Assembly (NCBI GenBank): GCA_963699165.1
Contig: OY969413.1
Span: forward strand, 340,562 to 404,561
Reading direction: 5' to 3'
Length of the DNA: 64,000 nucleotides
From: Candidatus Kaiserbacteria bacterium
Lineage (GTDB): Bacteria; Patescibacteriota; Minisyncoccia; Phycocordibacterales; Phycocordibacteraceae
Made by a program: the position numbers and the translations under genes. This document shows positions 37,023 through 45,881 of the stretch, piece by piece (within the stretch, counting starts at the first letter, position 1; the number at the start of each line of letters is the position of its first letter). The notes beneath the pieces are model-generated. The model saw nothing but the letters and a program-made list of their open reading frames with translations. It was not told the origin of the DNA and searched no databases.

Positions 37023-39485
37023 ATGGACAAACGATTGCTTATCGTCGAATCGCCGACCAAGGCGCGTACTATCGGCCAATATCTGGGCAAGGACTATACG
37101 GTTCTCGCTTCGGTCGGCCATGTGCGCGACTTGCCGAAATCAAACAAAGACGCCGTCGATATCGAGGGCGGTTTCGTGCCGCGCTACGTCATTTCCGCAG
37201 ACAAGCGCGAGGTGATTGAAAAAATCGAGCACGCGGCCGCAAAAGTCGCGCCGAGCGAAATCTATCTCGCGACCGACCCCGACCGCGAAGGCGAAGCGAT
37301 TGCGTGGCACATCCAGCAAGTCGCGAAACTCAAAAAACCAAAGCGCGTGGTCTTCCACGAAATCACGAAGGCGGCCATCGAAGAGGCGCTCGCGCATCCG
37401 CGCATGATTGATGAAAATTTGCGCCGCGCGCAAGAGGCGCGCCGCGTTCTCGACCGCATCGTGGGCTACGACCTCTCCGGACTTATCTGGAAAAAGGTGC
37501 GCTACGGACTCTCCGCCGGCCGCGTGCAATCCCCCGCGCTTCGCATACTAGCCGAACGCGAGCGCGAAATTAAGTCCTTCATTCCCGTTACCTATTTTGT
37601 TTTGAAGGCGCTTTTTCGTGCGAAGGACGACGCATCAAACAAAATGGAGTTGCTGACTACGTGCGTAGAACAGCCCGCTTCAAGAGAAGAAGCCGAACGA
37701 ATTGCGCGAATGGGCAAAAGCGCAACGTGGAGCATCGCCGACATCGGCGAACGGGCCGAGGAGCGAAATCCGCGCGCGCCGTTCACGACGTCAACACTGC
37801 AACAAACCGCCTCGACGCGCCTCGGCTTCGCCCCGTCGCGCACAATGCGCGCCGCGCAAAAACTGTACGAAGCGGGCCATATCACCTACATGCGCACCGA
37901 CTCCGTCAATCTCGCGAAAGAAGCGGTTGCAAAAATGGCAGCGGTCGTCGAAAAGGACTTCGGGAAAGAATATCTAAAAATCCGCGCATACAAAACGACA
38001 AGCAAAAATGCCCAGGAAGCGCACGAGGCAATCCGTCCGACCGACCCGCTTCGCGAACATGCCGGCGCGACAGCCGACGAAGTCGAGCTCTATCAACTCA
38101 TCCGCATACGCGCACTCGCGTCGCAAATGGCGGCCGCGCAAATCATGCGCACAACAGTCACCGCAAAAGCCGACGCGGCTAAAGCTGCCGAAGGCAGCTC
38201 GCCCGACGCATCCTCGAGTGATGCGCCTAGGGATATTCCGCCTTTCACCGCAAGCGGCTCACGCACGCTCTTCCCCGGATGGCTCGCGCTCGATACGCGC
38301 GCGCGCGGCGAAGATGTCGAACTTCCAAAACTTGCCGTCAACTCTGCGCTTGAATTGCTGTCGCTTGATACGGAAGAGAAGCAAACCGAGCCGCCGAATA
38401 GATATACCGAAGCCGGCCTCATCAAAGAACTCGAGAAACGCGGCATCGGCCGTCCTTCCACGTACGCCTCTATTATGAAAACCATCGGGGATCGCGGCTA
38501 CGTGGAAAAGCTCGGGCGCGCTTTAAAGCCGACCGCGACCGGCATGGTTGTCTCCGGCTGGCTTGAGGAAAACTTTCCCGAATACGTGAGTGACACATTT
38601 ACCGCCGAAATGGAAAACGAGCTTGACGAAATCGCGCGCGGCGAGCGCGGCTATACGGAAACGCTTTCCGAATTTTACGGGCCGTTTGAGAAAGCCGTGC
38701 AGGCAAAGGACAAACTGCCGAAGGCGACATCGCTCGGCGATGCCGGAAAAGAATTCCCCTGTCCCCTCTGCGGGAGCCCGATGGAATTTAAACTTGGCCG
38801 CGGCGGCATTTTCATGAGCTGCAAGCGGTATCCCGATTGCACCGGGGTGCGAACCGAAGAAGGCACCGAGTTGAAGAGCGATGAGCCGCTCGGCATTCAT
38901 CCGGAAACCGGAGCTCCGATATATTTAAAAAACGGACGTTTCGGACCGTATGTTGAAATGCCCTTGCCGGAACCGGCACCCGAAACGAAAGTCGAGGCCG
39001 CTCCCGTAAAAGGCAAAAGAAAAAGCCGCGCAAAGAAAGTGCGCGTGAATGCAAAACGCGCAACGGTGCCGCCCGGCACCGACCTCGCGAAAATCACGCT
39101 CGCCGATGCGGTCAAATATCTGGCCCTTCCACGCGAGCTTGGCATGCATCCCGTCACCGGCAAACCGGTATTCGCTTCAACGGGACGCTTTGGACCGTAT
39201 GTCGGCAGCGATGGCGAATTTCGTTCGCTTAAGGCCGCCATTGCCGATCCATACACCGTGACGTTCGAGCAGGCCCTTGCGATTCTCGCCGAACCGAAAC
39301 GCCCGCCGAAAGGCGTCGAAATCGTGCGGGAAATAGGCAAACATCCGAAGACCGGAAAATCGCTCGTGCTCTACAAATCAAAGCAGGGTCTGTTCCTCAA
39401 AAAGGGATTGCGCCGCATCTATCTGCCCGAAACGGTAAAAGCCGACTCGCTCACGCCGGAAGAAGTCGCCGAATACCTAAAATAG
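37023..39485 (+). CDS. topA: DNA topoisomerase I.
   Basis: TOPRIM LLIVESPTKARTI. Catalytic Tyr region and C-terminal Zn-ribbons (CPLCGSPM...CKRYPDC). Confidence 0.9.
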   Translation: MDKRLLIVESPTKARTIGQYLGKDYTVLASVGHVRDLPKSNKDAVDIEGGFVPRYVISADKREVIEKIEHAAAKVAPSEIYLATDPDREGEAIAWHIQQVAKLKKPKRVVFHEITKAAIEEALAHPRMIDENLRRAQEARRVLDRIVGYDLSGLIWKKVRYGLSAGRVQSPALRILAEREREIKSFIPVTYFVLKALFRAKDDASNKMELLTTCVEQPASREEAERIARMGKSATWSIADIGERAEERNPRAPFTTSTLQQTASTRLGFAPSRTMRAAQKLYEAGHITYMRTDSVNLAKEAVAKMAAVVEKDFGKEYLKIRAYKTTSKNAQEAHEAIRPTDPLREHAGATADEVELYQLIRIRALASQMAAAQIMRTTVTAKADAAKAAEGSSPDASSSDAPRDIPPFTASGSRTLFPGWLALDTRARGEDVELPKLAVNSALELLSLDTEEKQTEPPNRYTEAGLIKELEKRGIGRPSTYASIMKTIGDRGYVEKLGRALKPTATGMVVSGWLEENFPEYVSDTFTAEMENELDEIARGERGYTETLSEFYGPFEKAVQAKDKLPKATSLGDAGKEFPCPLCGSPMEFKLGRGGIFMSCKRYPDCTGVRTEEGTELKSDEPLGIHPETGAPIYLKNGRFGPYVEMPLPEPAPETKVEAAPVKGKRKSRAKKVRVNAKRATVPPGTDLAKITLADAVKYLALPRELGMHPVTGKPVFASTGRFGPYVGSDGEFRSLKAAIADPYTVTFEQALAILAEPKRPPKGVEIVREIGKHPKTGKSLVLYKSKQGLFLKKGLRRIYLPETVKADSLTPEEVAEYLK

Positions 39486-39492
39486 CAAGCGG

Positions 39493-41109
39493 GTGTATAG
39501 TGTCCCCATGACGACCGCCAAAGAAATCATTGGCGCAATGGCGCATCCTTCGCCGGAGGATGTCGCTCTCGTTGAAAAGGCCTACGAATACTCGAAAAAA
39601 GCGCACGAGGGACAGACGCGCTATTCGGGCGAGCCGTATTTCATCCATCCGGCCGCTACCGCCAAAATCCTCGCCGAATACGGGATGGACGCAACGACCA
39701 TCGCGGCAGGCCTTCTGCACGATGCGGTTGAAGACGCGCGCGTCTCGCGCGAAGACCTCGAAAAAGAATTCGGGTCCGAATTGCTTTTCATCATCGACGG
39801 GGTAACGAAACTCGGCACGCACAAATACCGCGGCGCGGAACGCCACGCGGAGAGTTTGCGGCGGCTGTTGGTCGCGACCGCAAGCGACATTCGCGTGCTC
39901 ATCGTGAAGCTCGCCGACCGTTACCACAACATGCAGACGCTTGAGCATGTGCCGGAACATAAACGCCGCCGCATCGCGCTCGAAACGCTTGAGATTTACG
40001 CGCCGATAGCCGACCGGCTCGGCATGGGCAGGATGAAAAACGGTCTCGAGGACCTTGCATTCCCTTTTATCGACTCCGATGCGAGCAGCCATGTGTCCGA
40101 GGTTCGGAAATTAAAAAAACAGGAAACGGAAACCGGCCTTGCGAAAGTGCAAAAGGAAATCGGACGCGAGCTTGCGAAAAAAGGAATGCGCTCTTTCCAT
40201 ACCGACATCCGCATGAAAGGACTATGGAGTTTGCATAAAAAACTGGAGCGCAAACATGACGACATCAGCTTGATTCACGACATTGCGGCGCTCCGCATCA
40301 TCGTGCCGAGCATCGAGGATTGCTATGCGACCCTCGGCGTCGTGCACGCGCTCTACAAACCGCTGCCCGGAGAGTTTAAGGACTACATCGCTTTTCCGAA
40401 ACCGAACGGCTACCAGTCGCTTCACACGACCGTCGTCACGCCGGAGACCGGCATCGTCGAAATACAAATCCGCACGGAAGACATGCACCGCGACGCGCAG
40501 TTCGGCATCGCTTCGCACATGTCATACAAGCAATTGGGGAAAGACATCGGGAAGCTGGATAAGGAAGTCCAAAAAAATAAATTTTCTTCTCTGTCGTTTC
40601 CGTGGGTCCGTTCGCTCATTCCTTCCCTTATGCGCATGTCGCAAAAAGAGATCGGTGAAAAAGAACCGATGAAGATTCCGTTATGGCTCGCCGACCTCGC
40701 GAAAGCGCATGCGGAAATCGCCGGCTCGCAAGAATTCGTCGAAGGACTCAAGGAGGATTTTTTTTCGCACCGCGTGTTCGTGTTTACGCCGCGCGGCGAC
40801 GTCATCGACTTGCCGTCGCAATCGACGCCGATTGATTTTGCGTATGCGATACACAGCGATCTCGGCGACCATTTGCAGGGCGCGAAAGTGAACGGGAAAA
40901 TGGTCTCGTTTGATACGATATTGAACAACGGCGATGTCGTTGAAATCATCCGGCGCGATGCCGCACATCCGTCGCCGAAATGGCTCGAAACCGCGCGCAC
41001 GTCGCTTGCGCGAAGGCACATCAAAAATACGCTCGGCATCGTCACGAAGGCGACCCGGGCTTCCCGTCCGCCGCGCAACAAACGCGGAGACAAATCGGTT
41101 AAACCGTAA
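39493..41109 (+). CDS. Bifunctional (p)ppGpp synthetase/hydrolase (Rel/SpoT, short form).
   Basis: HD hydrolase HDAVED, synthetase domain, TGS domain. Confidence 0.85.
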   Translation: MYSVPMTTAKEIIGAMAHPSPEDVALVEKAYEYSKKAHEGQTRYSGEPYFIHPAATAKILAEYGMDATTIAAGLLHDAVEDARVSREDLEKEFGSELLFIIDGVTKLGTHKYRGAERHAESLRRLLVATASDIRVLIVKLADRYHNMQTLEHVPEHKRRRIALETLEIYAPIADRLGMGRMKNGLEDLAFPFIDSDASSHVSEVRKLKKQETETGLAKVQKEIGRELAKKGMRSFHTDIRMKGLWSLHKKLERKHDDISLIHDIAALRIIVPSIEDCYATLGVVHALYKPLPGEFKDYIAFPKPNGYQSLHTTVVTPETGIVEIQIRTEDMHRDAQFGIASHMSYKQLGKDIGKLDKEVQKNKFSSLSFPWVRSLIPSLMRMSQKEIGEKEPMKIPLWLADLAKAHAEIAGSQEFVEGLKEDFFSHRVFVFTPRGDVIDLPSQSTPIDFAYAIHSDLGDHLQGAKVNGKMVSFDTILNNGDVVEIIRRDAAHPSPKWLETARTSLARRHIKNTLGIVTKATRASRPPRNKRGDKSVKP

Positions 41110-42118
41110 ATCCGGTTATTGAATACAAGCCATCGTCGTCCGCGGCTTCCTCGGGCGCTGCCGGCGCAATCGGATCTTCGTGTGATAGTTGCGTTGTATT
41201 TGGGAAAACGGGCGGCGCATCCGTTTGCTCCGTTTGCGCAACCGCTTCGGCGTTGGACGCATGCGGCGCCGAAATTTTCTGCTCCGCGGCAAGCGCACTG
41301 ACCAGCTGATTCAAATCGTCGGGTGAGAAAAACTCAATCATGAGTCGGCCGCCTTCCGCGTTCGTTTCAATGATGACGCGCGTGCCAAGGGTTTCGGTGA
41401 GCGATTTTTCCATCTCAAGCATCTCCGGCGACTTGCGATGATGCGGCCGAACGCGCTCCTGCGCAATCGAACGGGCAATGCGCTCAGCAGTTCGCACGGG
41501 CAATTTCTTCAAAATGATTTCCTTGAAAAGCGTTTCCTGCTCTTCGGGCCGGCTTGTAAGCGCGAGCAGGGGGCGCGCGTGGCCTTCGTTTATTTCGCGC
41601 GCCACGATTGCATTTTGCATATGTTCGGGGAGCGTCAGGAGGCGCAAGCTGTTGGAAACGTATTCGCGGCTCTTGCCGATTTTTGCCGCGGTCTCCGCGT
41701 GCGAGATGCCGAATTCATCGATAAGTTTTTGCAATGCCTTTGCCCGGTCAATCGCATTCAAATCCTCGCGTTGAAGATTCTCGATAATGGCGAGTTCGAG
41801 TTTCGTGAGATTGCTTTCGCCGTGGCGGATTACGACCGGCAGCTGCTTGAGTCCGGCAATCTTGCTCGCGCGAAGTCGACGCTCGCCGGCGATGAGCTCG
41901 TACACGCTCTCGAGGCCGCCCTCCGGCTTTTCCTTTTCCGTGCGGCTGACCACCAAGGGTTGCAGCACGCCGTATTGGCGAATGCTCTCCGCGAGCGATG
42001 AAAGTCCCGCCTCGCTGAACTCTTTGCGCGGCTGATACGGATTGGGCACAATCCTGTCGATATCAATCCAAAAAACCGAGTCGTATTTTGTCGGCACGTA
42101 TCCCGCATCTTCGCTCAT
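41099..42118 (-). CDS. parB: ParB/Spo0J-like partition protein.
   Basis: ParB N-terminal box GERRLRA and an HTH. Confidence 0.8.
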   Translation of the reverse strand: MSEDAGYVPTKYDSVFWIDIDRIVPNPYQPRKEFSEAGLSSLAESIRQYGVLQPLVVSRTEKEKPEGGLESVYELIAGERRLRASKIAGLKQLPVVIRHGESNLTKLELAIIENLQREDLNAIDRAKALQKLIDEFGISHAETAAKIGKSREYVSNSLRLLTLPEHMQNAIVAREINEGHARPLLALTSRPEEQETLFKEIILKKLPVRTAERIARSIAQERVRPHHRKSPEMLEMEKSLTETLGTRVIIETNAEGGRLMIEFFSPDDLNQLVSALAAEQKISAPHASNAEAVAQTEQTDAPPVFPNTTQLSHEDPIAPAAPEEAADDDGLYSITGFTV

Positions 42119-42143
42119 ATGAAAAATATATTAGCATAGGTTA

Positions 42144-43805
42144 CTACTGAGTTCTCAAGATTTGAATAACCTCCTCAAGTGAAGAACCTTGCCGTGACCT
42201 GATCAATGAGAGAATATCTTCTCGGGCAAATCCCGCAACGTGCATGTCATCAGCCGCTCGTATGGCTTCTCCAAATAGCGGGCCGGGCTTAAATCCTAAC
42301 GCGATAAGATCCCTTCCAAATAAGACCGGCGCCGGTTTGTTTTCATAAATGCCAAGTTCGGCGGCTTTTTGCAACAGCCACTTGCCGGCAGGATAGTCTA
42401 TTGGCATGAATGACTTTTCTGGTTCGTCTGGATCAACGAAAGGTCCGCGACCGCGATGATCTGCTTCAGCAACGCAGACCAAATGTCTGAGTGTTGCAGG
42501 ACTGATTCTTGTTGCCAATCGTTTAATCGCCCCATCGCTAATCCGTATCCCTCCGTGCACCTCCTCAAGATAAAATATGGTAGGCCGTAAATGCTCGACT
42601 ACTACATGTGCAATCGGAATGCGCAACGAGGCCTCAATGCCGATTTCGTGGAGAAACCGTAACGCTGGCTCAGCGCCGGCTTCTTCGTGACCTATCGATC
42701 TGACGCGGCCGTCTGTTTCTTCCGTGGTCAGCGGCTTACCAAAATCATGACAAAATGCTCCCAGCATGACAAGAAGTGCGTCGTCTCCTTTCAACTGTTC
42801 TCGTTCAATAATTTTAGCCGCCTCATCTACAACCATTAGCGTGTGCATCCATACATCGCCTTCGGGATGCCATTCCGGCTCTTGGGGTGTATTTTGCAAT
42901 TCAATGAGTTCGGGGTGCATTTCATGAAAAATGCCCCACTCCATTGCCGTTTGGAGGCCGAGCGACGGCTTTCTGGATTTTAGAAATAACTTTATCCATT
43001 CTTCCCGCAAGCGCTCTTTTGGCAAATGCTTTAACTCGCCGCGCATTTCCCGCATAATCCTTGCCGTCGTGTCGTCAACCGTTAGACCAAATCGACCTAC
43101 GAATTGCACGCCGCGCAAAACCCTTAACGGGTCATCTCGAAACCGTTCCTCATCCGTAACCCGTAAAATCCTATGTTGAATATCATGTATACCGCCGAAA
43201 TAATCGTATATTTCTCCGGTCAAGATATCTTTCGCCAAGGAATTCATTGTGAAGTCGCGTCTACGGGCCGCCTCTTTAATGCTCATAGTTGGATCGGCGC
43301 TTATAGAGAAGTCCTTATGTCCTTTGCCGGTTTTTGACTCCCGGCGAGGCAGAGATACGTCGATATCAATATTTCCGATCCTGACTTTTAGAATTCCGAA
43401 CGCGGCTCCAACTTCATTAACATCCCCGAAGGCCTTCGCGAGTTCCCTAAGTTGATCCGGCGCAACGCCGTACACTTCGACATCGAAGTCCTTTGGGGGC
43501 ATGCCGAGCAACTCATCGCGAACGGCCCCTCCAACCAAACAAGCCCTTCCTCCGATTGCTTCAACCGCTTTTGCAAACTCAACGAGCTTTGCGAAAGCGT
43601 CGGCTTCTTCGATGAAGCCGCCATCAAGAAATCGTTCTCTTTCCTTCACCGCATCGGCTCTGTGAAGAATCTTTGCTTCCCAATACTCCGGGGTTTCTTG
43701 CGCGGCATGCAATAGGTGACGGCGCCTCTCCTTCACCGGCTCGGCTTGTATCTCCGCGGCAAGTGCATTGCGATATTTCACGTGTTTTTGATTTTCAATA
43801 CCCAT
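42144..43805 (-). CDS. cca: CCA-adding tRNA nucleotidyltransferase with HD domain.
   Basis: GGAVRDELLG polymerase-beta head and HD motif. Confidence 0.8.
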   Translation of the reverse strand: MGIENQKHVKYRNALAAEIQAEPVKERRRHLLHAAQETPEYWEAKILHRADAVKERERFLDGGFIEEADAFAKLVEFAKAVEAIGGRACLVGGAVRDELLGMPPKDFDVEVYGVAPDQLRELAKAFGDVNEVGAAFGILKVRIGNIDIDVSLPRRESKTGKGHKDFSISADPTMSIKEAARRRDFTMNSLAKDILTGEIYDYFGGIHDIQHRILRVTDEERFRDDPLRVLRGVQFVGRFGLTVDDTTARIMREMRGELKHLPKERLREEWIKLFLKSRKPSLGLQTAMEWGIFHEMHPELIELQNTPQEPEWHPEGDVWMHTLMVVDEAAKIIEREQLKGDDALLVMLGAFCHDFGKPLTTEETDGRVRSIGHEEAGAEPALRFLHEIGIEASLRIPIAHVVVEHLRPTIFYLEEVHGGIRISDGAIKRLATRISPATLRHLVCVAEADHRGRGPFVDPDEPEKSFMPIDYPAGKWLLQKAAELGIYENKPAPVLFGRDLIALGFKPGPLFGEAIRAADDMHVAGFAREDILSLIRSRQGSSLEEVIQILRTQ

Positions 43806-43910
43806 ATTCCAACTGCGCCACCCCGTGTCCAGCGTCGCCGCTCATATGTATGATATTTTATCATAGCGAGGTCCTTCAAATTCTCAAAGCAACCGCCGAA
43901 ATGGTGATAC

Positions 43911-43937
43911 TTGACATATCTATAAGTATGGTATAGC
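43911..43937 (+). promoter_or_regulatory. Candidate sigma70-type promoter (TTGACA, 15 nt spacer, extended -10 TGgTATAGC) driving the structured leader and tRNA-Leu.
   Basis: Read directly. Divergent from cca. Confidence 0.4.
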
Positions 43938-44221
43938 GTAATAATTCCGGCGATTTGCTGGCGCTTAAATGAGGACCTCTGATGTTGAATGCTGTTCGGG
44001 CGTGGTTAGCCCGTCCTCTTCTATGCAAGTTCGGCTTACACGGACAAATGGAGTCCGTCGTTGGGTCTAGGTTCCTAGACCCGTGCAGGAAGGAGTGGTG
44101 GGGGCCGTGTGAACGGTGCCACGTCACGATCTTCGAAATCTGAGCGTCCTCCCCCTGGATTGGTAGGCGCGAGGCGTTTCGTGTGACGCCATAGACACAA
44201 TGCAGAAGTGACACGACACTT

Positions 44222-44280
44222 CTGCTCCGTCTCGAGATGTGTGTCCCGACTGATGAGCTCGAAAGAGCGAAACGGAATGA
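44222..44280 (+). ncRNA. Candidate type III hammerhead ribozyme.
   Basis: GUC cleavage triplet (44229-44231). Stem I ucgaga/ucccga with loop ugugug. Core CUGAUGA. Stem II gcuc-GAAA-gagc. GAAAC. Stem III ACGGA:UCCGU with the conserved A15.1-U16.1 pair. Confidence 0.5.
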
Positions 44281-44315
44281 AATACGCGTAGTGATATGCT
44301 ACTCTGCAATCCAGA

Positions 44316-44397
44316 GCCGGGATGGCGGAATTGGTAGACGCAACGGATTCAAAACCCGTCGACGCAAGTCATGAGAGTTCGATTCTCTCTCCCGGCA
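44316..44397 (+). tRNA. tRNA-Leu (anticodon CAA), class II.
   Basis: GCCGGGA acceptor, D-arm, anticodon loop TTCAAAA, long variable arm, GAGAG-TTCGATT-CTCTC T-arm, TCCCGGC-A. No encoded CCA. Confidence 0.85.
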
Positions 44398-45072
44398 CAA
44401 CAGCGAGCGAAGCGAGGCGTTGTGCCGAGAAGCACGGCATCTGCATGCCGTGCGCGAGAGAATCGAATGGCTCGGCCATGTCCGAGGATCTGCGAGGACG
44501 GCGAGCCGGGGTCGAGAGCGCTTAGCGAATTGCGAATGCCTGGAGCAATCCGCTTAGCGACTCGCGGCCGATTCTCTCTCCCGGCACAACAGCGAGCGAA
44601 GCGAGGCGTTGTGCCGAGAAGCACGGCATCTGCATGCCGTGCGCGAGAGAATCGAATGGCTCGGCCATGTCCGAGGATCTGCGAGGACGGCGAGCCGGGG
44701 TCGAGAGCGCTTAGCGAATTGCGAATGCCTGGAGCAATCCGCTTAGCGACTCGCGGCCGATTCTCTCTCCCGGCACAACAGCGAGCGAAGCGAGGCGTTG
44801 TGCCGAGAAGCACGGCATCTGCATGCCGTGCGCGAGAGAATCGAATGGCTCGGCCATGTCCGAGGATCTGCGAGGACGGCGAGCCGGGGTCGAGAGCGCT
44901 TAGCGAATTGCGAATGCCTGGAGCAATCCGCTTAGCGACTCGCGGCCGATTCTCTCTCCCGGCACAACAGCGAGCGAAGCGATGCGTTGTGCCGAGAAGC
45001 ACGGCATCTGCATGCCGTGCGCGAGAGAATCGAATGGCTCGGCCATGTCCGAGGATCTGCGAGGACGGCGAG
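44381..45072 (+). repeat. Tandem array of a 189-bp unit (3 identical copies plus a 4th variant). Each unit begins with the last 20 nt of tRNA-Leu.
   Basis: Unit starts at 44381, 44570, 44759 and 44948. Each unit contains hairpins ggcacaac..gttgtgcc and gcacggcat-ctgc-atgccgtgc. It also has an inverted copy of the T-arm segment (gagagaatcgaa). Confidence 0.9.
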
Positions 45073-45197
45073 AAGGGCTCCCGGTTTGTCCAAGAGCGAA
45101 GCGATTGGTATCAAACCGCAGTCCTGTGAGGAGCGGAGAGCGCTTAGCGAAATGCGAGTCGCCGAAGGGCGCGACGCATTTCGGTTAACGACTCATA

Positions 45198-45857
45198 CTA
45201 CAGCTTTCCCACCAAGTCGAGGCCGGGCTCAAGCGTGTCGCCGCCCGGCTCCCACGATGCCGGACAAACCTTGCCTTTGTGCGTCTCCACATACTGCGCT
45301 GCCTGCAGTTTTCGCAACGTCTCGCTGGCTTTTCGCCCGATTGAATTGTCATTTACTTCCATCGTGCGAAGCGTTCCCGACGGGTCAATGATGAACGTGC
45401 CGCGAAGCGCGAGTCCTTCGTCCGGCGTGAGGGCCGCCTCGCCTCCTTCGATAAGCACGCCGAAGGCATAGGAGAGTTTTCCGGAAGGATCGGCCGCCAT
45501 TGGATATGTGATTTTCTTTATTCCCGCAGACGTGTCATGCCACGCCTTATGGGTGTAAACCGTGTCCGACGATACGGAAATTATTTCGGCGTTCAGCGCT
45601 TGGAATTTCGGATAGAGCGCGGCAAGCTCTTCGAGCTCGGTCGGACAGATGAACGTGAAGTCGGCCGGATAAAACGCAAGCACGACCCACTTGCCGCGGA
45701 GTTTTGACAAGCTCATCGTCTTGATTTCGTCCTCATGATAGACCTCAAATTCGAAGTCCGGCACCGTCTCGCCCACTTTCACCTGAAGCGTAAAGTCGCG
45801 AACCTGGTCGTGGAACTCGCCGCAATGCTCGCAATAATTGCTTTTTGTTTCTTTCAT
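45198..45857 (-). CDS. 2-Cys peroxiredoxin (AhpC/Tsa family).
   Basis: FTFICPTE peroxidatic Cys motif and resolving Cys near the C-terminus. Start at MKETKSNY. Confidence 0.85.
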   Translation of the reverse strand: MKETKSNYCEHCGEFHDQVRDFTLQVKVGETVPDFEFEVYHEDEIKTMSLSKLRGKWVVLAFYPADFTFICPTELEELAALYPKFQALNAEIISVSSDTVYTHKAWHDTSAGIKKITYPMAADPSGKLSYAFGVLIEGGEAALTPDEGLALRGTFIIDPSGTLRTMEVNDNSIGRKASETLRKLQAAQYVETHKGKVCPASWEPGGDTLEPGLDLVGKL

Positions 45858-45881
45858 AGGTGTTCGTATTATGGTGCGGCC

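Noticed and set aside
43944-44300. RNase P RNA, tmRNA, SRP or 6S RNA in the structured region upstream of tRNA-Leu.
   Set aside because: Looked for P4 GGAAAGUCCGGGCUCC / ACAGAACCCGGCUUA, GGUAAGAGCGCACC, tmRNA tRNA-like ends and the SRP domain IV motif. Only weak partial matches were found, so no call is made.
44381-45072. Possible CRISPR array.
   Set aside because: Units are 189 bp and identical with no unique spacers. No cas genes. No CRISPR repeat features.
44349-45129. Long ORFs on both strands (217 aa minus, 252 aa plus) with repeated 63-aa peptide units.
   Set aside because: They arise because the 189-bp tandem unit is a multiple of 3. They start inside tRNA-Leu, are Arg/Cys-rich low-complexity, and have no RBS. 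They are treated as artifacts of the repeat array.
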